From the NCBI GenBank assembly GCA_963737065.1, contig CAVTRC010000001.1:768001-832000 (forward strand): 64,000 nucleotides of DNA, in the 5' to 3' direction. The position numbers and the translations under genes were made by a program. Shown one piece after another: positions 38,201 through 46,510 of the stretch; the first letter of the stretch is position 1; each line of letters begins with the position of its first letter. Source of the DNA: Candidatus Eremiobacteria bacterium. Lineage in GTDB: Bacteria; Vulcanimicrobiota; Vulcanimicrobiia; Vulcanimicrobiales; Vulcanimicrobiaceae. Under the pieces are notes generated by a model. That model saw nothing but the letters and a program-made list of their open reading frames with translations. It did not search any database and was not told the DNA's origin.

Positions 38201-38764
38201 CTCAACATGGAATTCGCGATCCGCGGTGCCGTACACGTCGACCGTTTGGACGTTCGGGATTTGTTGGACGAGCGGCGACACTTGGTTGTTGACGACGTCC
38301 GCGATCTGCGGCTGTGTGAGCGAGCGCGAACTGATTGCAATGTCGAGCAGCGGCGGTTCGGACTGCCCTTCCTTACTGACGGTCGGCGGATTGAGATCGG
38401 CAGGCATATAGACCCGCGCCGTGTCGACGCGGCGCTGAACGTCGATCGCTGCGAGGTCGACGTCCGTGCCCATCTTGTACAGTGCAACGACGACCGCCGT
38501 GCCTTCTTGCGCCGTCGCGTCGAGCTCGTCCAGGTTTTCGACGCCGGTCATCTGGTCTTCAATCGGTTTGATGACCATGCGCTCCATGTCTTGCGGCGAG
38601 GCGCCGGGGTAACTCGCGAAGACCACGACCACCGGGAAATTCGTATTCGGCGGGTTCGAACTACGCCCGAGCTGGAAGAACGAGATGGTCCCGAAAATGA
38701 TCAGCGCCGCGAAGACCATAACGGTGATCACCGAACGTTGAATGGCAAAGCGGGTTAACCACAC
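35288..38764 (-). CDS. RND family efflux transporter permease (AcrB/HAE1-like)
   Basis: YPGASP, GILVDDSIVVLENI, GLVAKNGILLVD and RFRPIIMTT; TAGGAG SD before the GTG start. Confidence 0.93.
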   Translation of the reverse strand: MWLTRFAIQRSVITVMVFAALIIFGTISFFQLGRSSNPPNTNFPVVVVFASYPGASPQDMERMVIKPIEDQMTGVENLDELDATAQEGTAVVVALYKMGTDVDLAAIDVQRRVDTARVYMPADLNPPTVSKEGQSEPPLLDIAISSRSLTQPQIADVVNNQVSPLVQQIPNVQTVDVYGTADREFHVEPDPTRLVGTNATLEDVFNAVSSNNLNVPGGILTQPTREATVAVHSYIDEASDILGIPLTVPLSSNKNLHVGDVASASDSHIEMRTISSFNGEPRVYMSINPTLNADQIKSTQTARDEMKKIEAKFPQLRFHEIDAPADYTTQQLTGVGWSLLQGIFLTALVMLLFLHAWRNAVVVFLAIPTSIFATFIVMRLFQFHIDSLSMMALSLIIGILVDDSIVVLENITRHRDMGEDPLNAAISGRSEIGSAAVAITMVDVIVFLPIAFLPGIVGAYLKEFGAVVVIATLFSLFVSFTLTPLLAAKWSVRRRSEAKPKWLVALDNRVLDAIVFTAAVVLFGIGQVTGLYTLNVIAIFVVAALILNAFVHRYDTILQHYRDTWLPFGLRHGKFVVFVCAVLFANALSLIAGGHMATLAVDGAVLVALLLSHVLGFVLRRVAREPLGRLAAPLNFFRSIGTSRGTMVASFLLPAIAAGGMYWLGVSTDFVPAQQDGEIDMTVTYPAGTPIGTTNKYVVQLENAIIKIANVESVSSTVGRKRSGHGSVTGGNYATLNVQMQKGHYKETDRASSQIRKLAYLVPGAEMNVAGDTGNGSAIFYALTGPDEQIGPAAEEVARYLRSIPGTVNVQTSAEMGAPRLNVDIDRARCALLGVNPSDAATVARIAVDGAVATRVRTPTGLVDVRVQFPLADRTTVDQLKNVRVRAQDGTLVPLSSVAAFNWTTAPTKIERMNRQRVVNVLGDLLPGYSLGQVSGPLERKLKEPGWLPDGVGLKPEGNSQYMVETFQNMGIALITSFMLVYMLMVILYGSFLEPLIVMFSVPLAIIGALTFLAVLGKLPGGQAQSLNIISMLGIVMLFGLVAKNGILLVDYSNTLCKRGMRVHDAVLQAAATRFRPIIMTTAAMIFGMLPLSMGYDAGSEWRQAIGTVIIGGLLSSLILTLFLVPMIYNTWMGFFERRADRKAVERELQEANVPAHA

Positions 38765-38955
38765 AGTAGAGACTCCTAGGAACGAGCTACTCGCACTACG
38801 TGCGAAGGGTGCCCGTTGTTTCGCCGGCTCTTGGTTTCTTAGTTGAGCGTAACATTCCGAACCCTAACGATCACTGAAGCCGTGATCAATGGGATATCAA
38901 ACGGCGTCACCGGGTATTCTCGACGCCTTCATGAGGCGCATTAGCGCCCGAGGGG

Positions 38956-39200
38956 ATGCTGACGAAGTTCCTTGCCAAAGTGCTCGTCCTGTGAATCGTC
39001 CTGGTCGCGCTCGGCCTACCGTTCACCGCGGGACATTCGTGGCGACGGCGGGCGCGTTCTTTTCGGATCCTGCGCTCGCATGGGTAACCGGCATCTTCAC
39101 GATGCTGGTTTGGCTCATACTCGCTGTGCTCCACAAGCGATCGAGCGGCGGGGTGCTCTCCGTGACACCTCTACGGCCGCTTGCGACTAAAAACGCTTAA
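38956..39200 (+). pseudogene. Decayed small membrane protein gene
   Basis: GAGGGG-ATG gives MLTKFLAKVLVL, then in-frame TGA at 38992, then IVLVALGL, then a frameshift into ...FFSDPALAWVTGIFTMLV.LILAVLH..SGG. Confidence 0.6.
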
Positions 39201-39227
39201 GGCTTTCCGTATTGCGCGACCAACTGA

Positions 39228-39380
39228 TCAGCTGTCGCGCCTCCGGTTCGCTACCGTGAGCGCGGTCCCAAAAGCGACCCCAACGGCGATTCCGATCGCG
39301 AGTTGATGCATCGCAACGCCGACGCCCGCCCCAAGCGCGATTCCGAGAGCCAAATAGTTTCCCGACCACCTTCGCTTCAT
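39228..39380 (-). CDS. 50-aa glycine-zipper membrane protein
   Basis: GGAGG SD before ATG; LGIALGAGVGVAM..LAIGIAVGVAFG GxxxG repeats. Confidence 0.65.
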   Translation of the reverse strand: MKRRWSGNYLALGIALGAGVGVAMHQLAIGIAVGVAFGTALTVANRRRDS

Positions 39381-39691
39381 GTCACCTCCAGGGAATTCGA
39401 TCCAAATGCTCCACGTCAGATGCGCCGCGGAGGGAAGACGAAACATTACGCGCGCTACGACGAACGCGTATCGACACGTTCTGCGCAGAATGGGCACGGC
39501 GAATCTTCTGATTCGCGAAGACTTCGCGAATCGCCATCCGGCGAGGACAGCTTCATCCTCGCCGCTGCCCGTCGATCACGTGCGATCGCGTACATCAACG
39601 GCGTCATCAAACGCAACGTACGTCCGAAACACGGCGCGGAACTTCAGATCGAAGGCGCCGTCTGGGACGAGTCGCCGCTGTAATCACGCGC

Positions 39692-39732
39692 AATACAAAA
39701 CGACCGAGCCCGAAGCTTTCGCTTCAGGCTCG
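39692..39732 (-). terminator. Intrinsic terminator downstream of tRNA-Leu
   Basis: Hairpin CGAGCC-C-GAAGC-tttc-GCTTC-A-GGCTCG, followed on the minus strand by TTTTGTATT. Confidence 0.7.
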
Positions 39733-39742
39733 ACCCTGAATA

Positions 39743-39826
39743 TGCGCGAGGCGAGACTCGAACTCACACAAGATTTCTCCCGCCAGCACCTCAAGCTGGT
39801 GCGTCTACCAATTCCGCCACTCGCGC
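39743..39826 (-). tRNA. tRNA-Leu (anticodon GAG), CCA not encoded
   Basis: GCGCGAG/CTCGCGC acceptor stem, TGGCGGAATTGGTAGACGC D arm, CCAGC-TTGAGGT-GCTGG anticodon arm, long variable arm, GTTCGAGTC T loop. Confidence 0.96.
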
Positions 39827-39889
39827 ACGGGGACTAAAACATACGTTAAACCGACGGCTGAGCCCTCGGGCAACTGCGCTACAATACGG

Positions 39890-40834
39890 CTATTTCATGT
39901 TCGGGTCAAGGGCGTCGCGCAGGCCGTCGCCGATGTAGTTGATTGCGAGCACCGTCACGAGGATACACAAGCCGGGAAAGACGGCGGCCCACCAGGCAAT
40001 CTGCAGATTCGCTTGAGCGTTTGCCAGCATGTTGCCCCACGACGCCGTCGGCGGCTGGATGCCGAAGCCGAGGAACGAGAGGGTTGATTCCAAGACGATC
40101 ACGTTCGCGACGTCGAGCGTCGCTTGCACGACGATCGGCGCCACGGCGTTCGGAAGCAGGTGCCGAAAGATGATGCGCGCGTCGTTGTTGCCGACGGCTC
40201 GCGCGGCTTCGGCGAATTCGCGTTCGCGTAGCGTCAGAAATGACGCGCGCACGAGACGCGCGACCGACGGCCACGACAGCGCACCGATGATGAGCACGAT
40301 CACGCCGAAACTGAGCGCTGCTTTCGACGAACTTGCAGCTACGATGGCGGTGAGTACCAACAACAACGGCAGGAGGGGAATCGACAAGAATACGTCGGTG
40401 ATGCGCATTAGAATCCAATCGACCCAACCGCCGTAATAGCCGGCGACCGCGCCGAGAATCGTCCCGATGATGCACTCGATGATGACGGTAAAAATGCCGA
40501 CCTCGAGCGAGATGCGCGCGCCGAAGAACAATCGCGAGAGCAGATCGCGTCCCACTTCGTCCGTGCCGAGGGAGTGACCGCCGCACTGTGACGCGTCTTG
40601 AAAGCACGGCGGCAGCGGATTGCCTTGCCAATGAACGTTGTCGATAAAATTGGGATCGAACGGCGAGAGTTGCTTTGCGAATATCGCAACGAGCAACATC
40701 AGGATCAGCACGACGAATCCGGCGACCGCGAGCTTGTGGCGGCGCAAACGCGTCCAGAATGTAACTTTGGTATAGACGACCTCTTCGTCGTCAAACGGCG
40801 TCGTCGGTATCGGAGCTTGAACCGTGCTTGCCAT
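39890..40834 (-). CDS. Oligopeptide/dipeptide ABC permease (OppC/DppC)
   Basis: LGTDEVGRD, EFAEAARAVG, RHLLPN and LSFLGFG..PP..SWG. Confidence 0.92.
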   Translation of the reverse strand: MASTVQAPIPTTPFDDEEVVYTKVTFWTRLRRHKLAVAGFVVLILMLLVAIFAKQLSPFDPNFIDNVHWQGNPLPPCFQDASQCGGHSLGTDEVGRDLLSRLFFGARISLEVGIFTVIIECIIGTILGAVAGYYGGWVDWILMRITDVFLSIPLLPLLLVLTAIVAASSSKAALSFGVIVLIIGALSWPSVARLVRASFLTLREREFAEAARAVGNNDARIIFRHLLPNAVAPIVVQATLDVANVIVLESTLSFLGFGIQPPTASWGNMLANAQANLQIAWWAAVFPGLCILVTVLAINYIGDGLRDALDPNMK

Positions 40835-40844
40835 AGATGCAGCC

Positions 40845-41822
40845 CTAATCGTACTTCACACGCGGATCGAGCCACGCGTAGAGTACGTCGGCAAGCAGAT
40901 TCGAAAAGACGACGAGGAACGCAAGAATCAACAAATAGCCCATCATCAGCGCGATGTCGCTCTGCTGCAGCGCATTGTAGAACATGCGCCCCGCGCCGGG
41001 CCACGCGAAGATCGTCTCGGTTACGATCGCGCCGCCCAACACACCCGGCAACGATAGCGCAAGAATCGTAACCACCGGAATGAGCGCATTCTTTAAACCG
41101 TGCTTGAAGAGGATCGTGCGGCCGTCGAGACCTTTCGCCGCCGCGGTTCGCATGTAGTCGGTCTTCATCACTTCGAGTAACGACGAACGCATGAAGCGGC
41201 TATACAACGCGAGCGACAAGAGTGAGAGCACGATGACCGGCAACACGAGGTGCGCGACGCGGTCGCCGAGATCGAATGTATCGCTTCCGTTGCTGATGCC
41301 GGCCGACGGTAACTGAATCATGTATCCGCCGGGCAGCGGAATACCGTGCACCGCGAACGCGAGCTGCAGCATCAAGGCGAACCAAAAGACGGGCATCGAT
41401 TGCCCAAAGAACGCAAACGTCGTGATGAAGTAATCGGCGAACGAATACGGCCGCACTGCTGAAAAAATGCCCGCCGAAAGTCCGACCAGCACCGAGAAAA
41501 CGAACGACGTTACCATCAACTCGAGCGTCGCGGGGAGACGCTCGAGGATCGCATCGAGCACCGGCTGCGAGTTACTCGTCGAGTATCCGAAATCGCCGTG
41601 CAATACGGTGAGAAGCCAGTGCCAATAACGGATGGGCAGCGGCTGATCGAGACCGAGATTGTGTTTCAGGCGTTCGATATCGGCAGGAGTGATGTGAGGG
41701 TTCTGAAGGTACGGCGCCAACGGCCCGCCGGGCGCGTTGTTGAGAATAACGTACAGAATGATCGAGATAAGAATGAGTAGCGGAATGGCTTGAAGCGTCC
41801 GCCGTACCACGTAGTTGAAGAT
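40845..41822 (-). CDS. Oligopeptide/dipeptide ABC permease (OppB/DppB)
   Basis: PGGP, LGLDQP, GDFGYS, RLPATLEL, DYMRTAAAKGL, ETIFAWPG and LDPRV; probable ATC start at 41822. Confidence 0.92.
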   Translation of the reverse strand: MFNYVVRRTLQAIPLLILISIILYVILNNAPGGPLAPYLQNPHITPADIERLKHNLGLDQPLPIRYWHWLLTVLHGDFGYSTSNSQPVLDAILERLPATLELMVTSFVFSVLVGLSAGIFSAVRPYSFADYFITTFAFFGQSMPVFWFALMLQLAFAVHGIPLPGGYMIQLPSAGISNGSDTFDLGDRVAHLVLPVIVLSLLSLALYSRFMRSSLLEVMKTDYMRTAAAKGLDGRTILFKHGLKNALIPVVTILALSLPGVLGGAIVTETIFAWPGAGRMFYNALQQSDIALMMGYLLILAFLVVFSNLLADVLYAWLDPRVKYD

Positions 41823-41911
41823 CGAAGGAACCCTCCAACGTCCGAGAGCTTTAGGCTCAAAACGAACCGCGCTCAGTTATCATGACAGGGCCTTGAACCC
41901 TGCAGGCGTCG

Positions 41912-42736
41912 CTATGCGGCTGCCAGCTTCTTCAGCCCGAGAATCTGGCGTGCTTCGTCAGGAGTGGCCACGGCGCGGCCGGCTTCACGAGCAATGCGCG
42001 CGACGCGCGCGACGAGCTCTTCATTCCGAGCGAGCCGGCCCTTACTGTAATATAAGTTATCTTCCAGACCGACGCGAACGTGGCCGCCCATTGCAATGGC
42101 TGCGAGCGCCATGGGCAATTGCTGGCGGCCGATGCCCGCGACCGACCACGTGCATCCGTCGGGCAACTCGTCGACGAGATCGCACAGATTCGTAACCGTC
42201 GCTTCCATTGCGCCGGGAACGCCGAGCACAAAGTCGACGTGTTGTGGAAACGTCAGCAGCCCTTCTTTTGCGAGGCGCCGGGCGTTCGCGAGGTGTCCCT
42301 TGTCGAAGATTTCCAGTTCGGGACGGACATCGTACTCATGCATCTTCGCGAGAATGCCGCGCATGATCGGAAAACTGTTTTCGAAAATATCGTCGCCGAA
42401 GTTGACGCTTCCGCAGGTGAGCGTTGCCATCTCCGGCCGAAGTTGCAAGACCGACGCGCGCTCTTCCGGCGTCATGCCGATCGCGCCGCCGGTGGAGAAT
42501 TGAACGATTAGATCGGATGATCCCCGTATCGCATCATAAGCTTGGCGAAAGCGGGCGATGTCGTGCGTGTTGGTCCCGTCGTCGGTGCGGCAGTGCACGT
42601 GAATGATTGAACCGCCGGCTTCACGCACCGCCTGCGCGGTCTCCGCGAGCTTTGTCGGCGTAAACGGCAAATACGGCGTTTGGTCCGGCGTCACTTCGGC
42701 CCCGACCGGTGCACAAGTAATGATCAGCGGCTCCAT
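41912..42736 (-). CDS. kce: 3-keto-5-aminohexanoate cleavage enzyme (BKACE/DUF849)
   Basis: IITCAPVGAE, HVHCR Zn motif, QFSTGG, PEMATLTCGSVNFG, PELE.FD.G and RVGLEDN. Confidence 0.88.
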   Translation of the reverse strand: MEPLIITCAPVGAEVTPDQTPYLPFTPTKLAETAQAVREAGGSIIHVHCRTDDGTNTHDIARFRQAYDAIRGSSDLIVQFSTGGAIGMTPEERASVLQLRPEMATLTCGSVNFGDDIFENSFPIMRGILAKMHEYDVRPELEIFDKGHLANARRLAKEGLLTFPQHVDFVLGVPGAMEATVTNLCDLVDELPDGCTWSVAGIGRQQLPMALAAIAMGGHVRVGLEDNLYYSKGRLARNEELVARVARIAREAGRAVATPDEARQILGLKKLAAA

Positions 42737-42878
42737 GCGATTGAGGGGTTCCGGCAACGGGCGGTGCGGTCATCCTTTGGAGACGATGATCACCGTGCCC
42801 GCTGCGCCGCCCAGGCCGTCGGACCGAGGCTGTGCGAATCGCAATCGTGCCGAACCTTTCCGCGTGGTTCGTGCACTG

Positions 42879-44477
42879 CTACTCGAGTGCGTTGTAGGCG
42901 TTCGCGATGACATCGTCGCTTAAGCCCAAGAGCGCCGCGAGAGCGATCGCATCGGAACGCGCGGCGGTTTCATCCGTCACTTCTTCTATCGTGTAATCCA
43001 TCGACGCGGCTAGACTTTCAAGTGCCTGATGCAGGTCCGCGGCCACGGGCCGATTCGGAATTCCGCGCAGACCACGAACGGCGAAATGGCGAACGGCCGC
43101 CGCGCCCGCGACGCCGCCGAGATGCGTGGCGCACAACGCGCGTGCTCCGCCAGCCTGAAAATGTTTGAGAACCGCTACGAGCAACGCCTTTCCTTCGCGC
43201 GGCGTCGTCGTGCGCGCAAATTCATCGAGCAGAACAAAGACGGGCCGACGCCCGCGCTCGAGCAGGTCCCGCAACCGGAGCACTTCCCGTGCGAACGTCG
43301 ATAGCAGCCCCCCGCCGTCGTCGTCCGCGCCGACGCCGAGCCATCCGAGTTCCGAGAATAGTCCTACGGTCGCGCGAGACGCCGGAACGGGAACGCCGAA
43401 CGCCGCGCATGTGAGAATAAATCCGCAGGTACGTAAACAGACGCTCTTTCCGCCCATATTCGGTCCGGTCAGCACGGCAACGCCATCGACCGCAATCGAA
43501 ATCGGCGTGAAATCGCGGCCTTGCTTCTCTAGTTCAAGCTCGAGTGGAAGAAAGCGAGCATCGCTAAACTGTACTGCCGGTTCGGCGGCGATCGCAGCAA
43601 CGCGACAGCCGTGCATTCGCGTAAAACGTGCTGCTGCAACGAGCACGTCTACTTCGCCGAATGCATCCGTTGCTGTGCTCAATGCGGCAGCATGTTCGCG
43701 AACCGCCTGTGTCAGTGCGCGGCGAACCGCTTCTTCGGCGGTCGCAGCCGAGGTTGCAAGCGCATCACGGCGTTGGAGTGCCGCCAGTGTGGCTTCGGTC
43801 TCTTCGATTTCACAGAGCAGATACGTTGCCCCCTCCCGCACGACGCGAACGCCGGACGGGAGCGCGCCATCGCAATCGCTCCGCATCACGATAAATTCGT
43901 CGCCTTCGATTTCGCGTCCGAGCGCGTTTGCGATCCCGGCCGTTGCGCGTCCGCGCGCCGCGTCGTACTCCGCCTGTGCTTGCGCGAGCGCCGCGCGCAC
44001 ATGTGCAAGTGCGGGGTCGAACGCGTCGGCAAGATAGAAACCGAACTTTCCCGCCCGCCCGAGTTCGAGACGGCGCGCGGTTTCGCTGACTGCGGGCGAG
44101 GCGAGAGACGGCAAGGCATCGATGCCGGCCGCTAAAGTGTCGAGCCGAACGCACGCGTCGAAGAAGCGTTGGAGTTCCAGCAAGTTCGCGTCGGTCAGTC
44201 CGTCGCCCATTGATGCGCGCGCAATCGCGCTCGACGCATCGGGTACGTTACGGAAGATCTCGCGCATGGCGTCGAGCACTTCCGGGCTCGCGCCGTTTGC
44301 AATCGCCGCGATGCGACATGCGCGCTCTTGCGCGCGGGGCTCTTCGCCGGGCACGAAGGGGACGACGTGTTCGAAAGCGCGGTCGCCGTACGGGCTCGCC
44401 GGCGCAAGCGCGTTGCGCAGCCAGCGAAAATCGAGCGCGCGCGCCGTCACCTCATCGAGCAGTCCGGCAAGTTTCAC
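42879..44477 (-). CDS. kamC: MutS-domain-V ATPase, lysine 5,6-aminomutase reactivase KamC-like
   Basis: SPYG N-terminus, TGPNMGGKS, LLSTFA.E, LLDEFARTT..EG, ATH and MDY; no MutS mismatch domains; flanked by kamB-like and kce genes. Confidence 0.7.
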   Translation of the reverse strand: MKLAGLLDEVTARALDFRWLRNALAPASPYGDRAFEHVVPFVPGEEPRAQERACRIAAIANGASPEVLDAMREIFRNVPDASSAIARASMGDGLTDANLLELQRFFDACVRLDTLAAGIDALPSLASPAVSETARRLELGRAGKFGFYLADAFDPALAHVRAALAQAQAEYDAARGRATAGIANALGREIEGDEFIVMRSDCDGALPSGVRVVREGATYLLCEIEETEATLAALQRRDALATSAATAEEAVRRALTQAVREHAAALSTATDAFGEVDVLVAAARFTRMHGCRVAAIAAEPAVQFSDARFLPLELELEKQGRDFTPISIAVDGVAVLTGPNMGGKSVCLRTCGFILTCAAFGVPVPASRATVGLFSELGWLGVGADDDGGGLLSTFAREVLRLRDLLERGRRPVFVLLDEFARTTTPREGKALLVAVLKHFQAGGARALCATHLGGVAGAAAVRHFAVRGLRGIPNRPVAADLHQALESLAASMDYTIEEVTDETAARSDAIALAALLGLSDDVIANAYNALE

Positions 44478-45379
44478 GCAGCGTGCTCCGAGGAGTAGAC
44501 GTCGAACGTGGGAACGCCGGTCGCGCTCATAACTTCGTGCGCGAACAGGCGCGGTTCAAACGTCCGATCTCTCCCGATCGACGCGACCGTTACGGCCACG
44601 ACGTGAATCTCGCGCTCGCATCGGACGTGTAGGCGTTCCAGCGCGTGCAATGCAGCACGGCCCGTCAGCGCAATTTGGGTTGGATCCCGCACGACGATCG
44701 CGCGCGTCTCACGCTCGCGTATCAACTGCGCAGCACGTGACGGCGTCAGCGCTCCGTCGATATGCAGCGCGGCTTCCCGTCCGTCGAACCGCCGCACGCT
44801 CAAACGCGCCACGAGAGCGCGCACGTCGTCGGCGGCTTCTTCGACGGTCGGCGACGCGGAAGCACCGCATGCCACGACGACCGCATCCCGGCCGCCCGCG
44901 AGCGCCGCGATCCGGTCGACGGCGCCGTCGACGATCGCATACGGCGCATGGCGCAAAAGCGTCTCGATCGCCTCGCGCAATGCTGATGCGGTCGGCGGCC
45001 CGACCAGCTCGTAATGCGCAGCGGAGCGGACGCGCGCGTAAACGAGGCGCCCGGCCGCGGTTTGTAACGCTGAGAGTTCGAGCATTTCGCTCGCGGGCGA
45101 TACCGGAAGAACGTCGCGCGCCGTTGCAACCGCGGTTCCCGCCCGCAAAAAAAGCCGCGGTTTCGCTTGCGCGTCGCCGATGTCGATCGCTTCACCGTCG
45201 CGACCGATCGACGTTAATCCGGGTGCTATACCGCGTGCAACGGCAGCATGGTAGATCGCACGCATCGTAACGGTCTTGCCGACGTTTTTTCCGGTCCCAA
45301 CGACGACGAGCGACGGCGCTCCGGTTTGGAGCGCCAACCCGAGAATCGCATCACCGACGTCAACATGCATCGGCGTCAA
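44474..45379 (-). CDS. kamB: Lysine 5,6-aminomutase reactivase subunit KamB-like P-loop protein
   Basis: VGTGKNVGKT, GLTSIGRDGE..D....KPR, GP and VDGAVDR...A motifs; GTGA overlap with kamC. Confidence 0.7.
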   Translation of the reverse strand: MTPMHVDVGDAILGLALQTGAPSLVVVGTGKNVGKTVTMRAIYHAAVARGIAPGLTSIGRDGEAIDIGDAQAKPRLFLRAGTAVATARDVLPVSPASEMLELSALQTAAGRLVYARVRSAAHYELVGPPTASALREAIETLLRHAPYAIVDGAVDRIAALAGGRDAVVVACGASASPTVEEAADDVRALVARLSVRRFDGREAALHIDGALTPSRAAQLIRERETRAIVVRDPTQIALTGRAALHALERLHVRCEREIHVVAVTVASIGRDRTFEPRLFAHEVMSATGVPTFDVYSSEHAA

Positions 45380-45460
45380 TTTCCGGCGGGGCGCGCGAAC
45401 ACATCTTCCATGCTGCGGATTTGCGGCCGTCTTTGTCCCCGCAATAGCGGGTTGACGCGC

Positions 45461-46030
45461 CTAGCCGATGTGAAACGCCTTGAGCACGATGAACACCGCC
45501 CCGGTAAGCGCGAGCAACACGCCGCCGAGCAACTCAGCAGAATCCTCGATGCGTGAGCCGAGCGTGCGCCCGAGCGTCAGGCCGAGCGTCGTTGCGACAA
45601 TCGAAACGACGCCGATGACAACGAGCGCGACGGCCAACGGCACGCCGATGTATAAGATCGAGAAGCCGATTCCCAGCGAATCCAAGCTGATCGATAGTGA
45701 GGCCACGACGAGTCCCCACCCGCGTGAAAGATCCATGCGCGGGCGGTCACCGAGATCGCGTTTCGCTTCGTACACCATGTACAAGCCGACCAGCAGGAGC
45801 GCAATGAATCCCAAGTAGCCGGCGACGTCACCGATCAGCTTGCCGGTTACAATCCCGAGCGCCGCGCCGAAGCAGTTCATGACGATCTCGGCGCACGCGA
45901 ACGCAATGCCGATGCGCACTTTGATCGCACGTTCGACACCGTGCACGCCGACGCCGACGCTTACCGCAAAGACGTCGAGCGCAAGCGAAAACGCGATGGC
46001 GACGAGCTTGATCGCTCCCGAAAGCGCCAC
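45461..46030 (-). CDS. mntP: MntP family manganese efflux pump
   Basis: Two DUF204 halves: LALDVFAVS and SISLDSLGIG; AELLGG.LL. Confidence 0.8.
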   Translation of the reverse strand: MALSGAIKLVAIAFSLALDVFAVSVGVGVHGVERAIKVRIGIAFACAEIVMNCFGAALGIVTGKLIGDVAGYLGFIALLLVGLYMVYEAKRDLGDRPRMDLSRGWGLVVASLSISLDSLGIGFSILYIGVPLAVALVVIGVVSIVATTLGLTLGRTLGSRIEDSAELLGGVLLALTGAVFIVLKAFHIG

Positions 46031-46040
46031 GAACGGGCCT

Positions 46041-46454
46041 TTAGAAGGACGAAGCCTTGATCGACTGCGATAGCAGATGCGTTACCGCCGAACGCAACTG
46101 CGAAATCGTAAAGGGCTTATTGAGAAAGAGGTTCGCGCCCGCGTTCTTCGCGCGGCCGTCCATCGCGTAATTCGTGTGACCCGAAATCATCAAGATCGGC
46201 ACGCCGCGCGTACCCTCCTTCGAGCGCAACCGTTCGACGAGATCGATACCCGAGATGCCCGGAAGCATGAAATCGCAGATGATGATATCGAAAGGCCCTT
46301 GGCGATCGACGGCCACGAGCGCGCTCTCGGCGTCGTTGCACATGACCATTTTATAAGGACCTTTTCGTAGCACCGTATCGATTAGCGTACAGATAGCAGG
46401 ATCGTCATCCGCAATCAAAACACGCCAGTTGCGCTGGACCATCTCGTCTGGCAT
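46041..46454 (-). CDS. Single-domain (CheY-like) response regulator
   Basis: LIADDD, ICDFMLPG.SG, ISG and KPF. Confidence 0.9.
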   Translation of the reverse strand: MPDEMVQRNWRVLIADDDPAICTLIDTVLRKGPYKMVMCNDAESALVAVDRQGPFDIIICDFMLPGISGIDLVERLRSKEGTRGVPILMISGHTNYAMDGRAKNAGANLFLNKPFTISQLRSAVTHLLSQSIKASSF

Positions 46455-46510
46455 TCGTTCCTATTTTCTTTCGGCCTCGCACAGGCCGTGAGGCTTTGGT
46501 AAACTTTTCT

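Noticed and set aside
42879..44477. Mismatch-repair MutS or MutS2
   Set aside because: It has no mismatch-binding, clamp or Smr domains, and its neighbours point to KamC.
45377..45409. Mini-ORF MEDVFARPAGN overlapping the kamB start as a leader peptide
   Set aside because: It has no Lys or other regulatory codon run, no attenuator and no clear SD, so it is probably chance.
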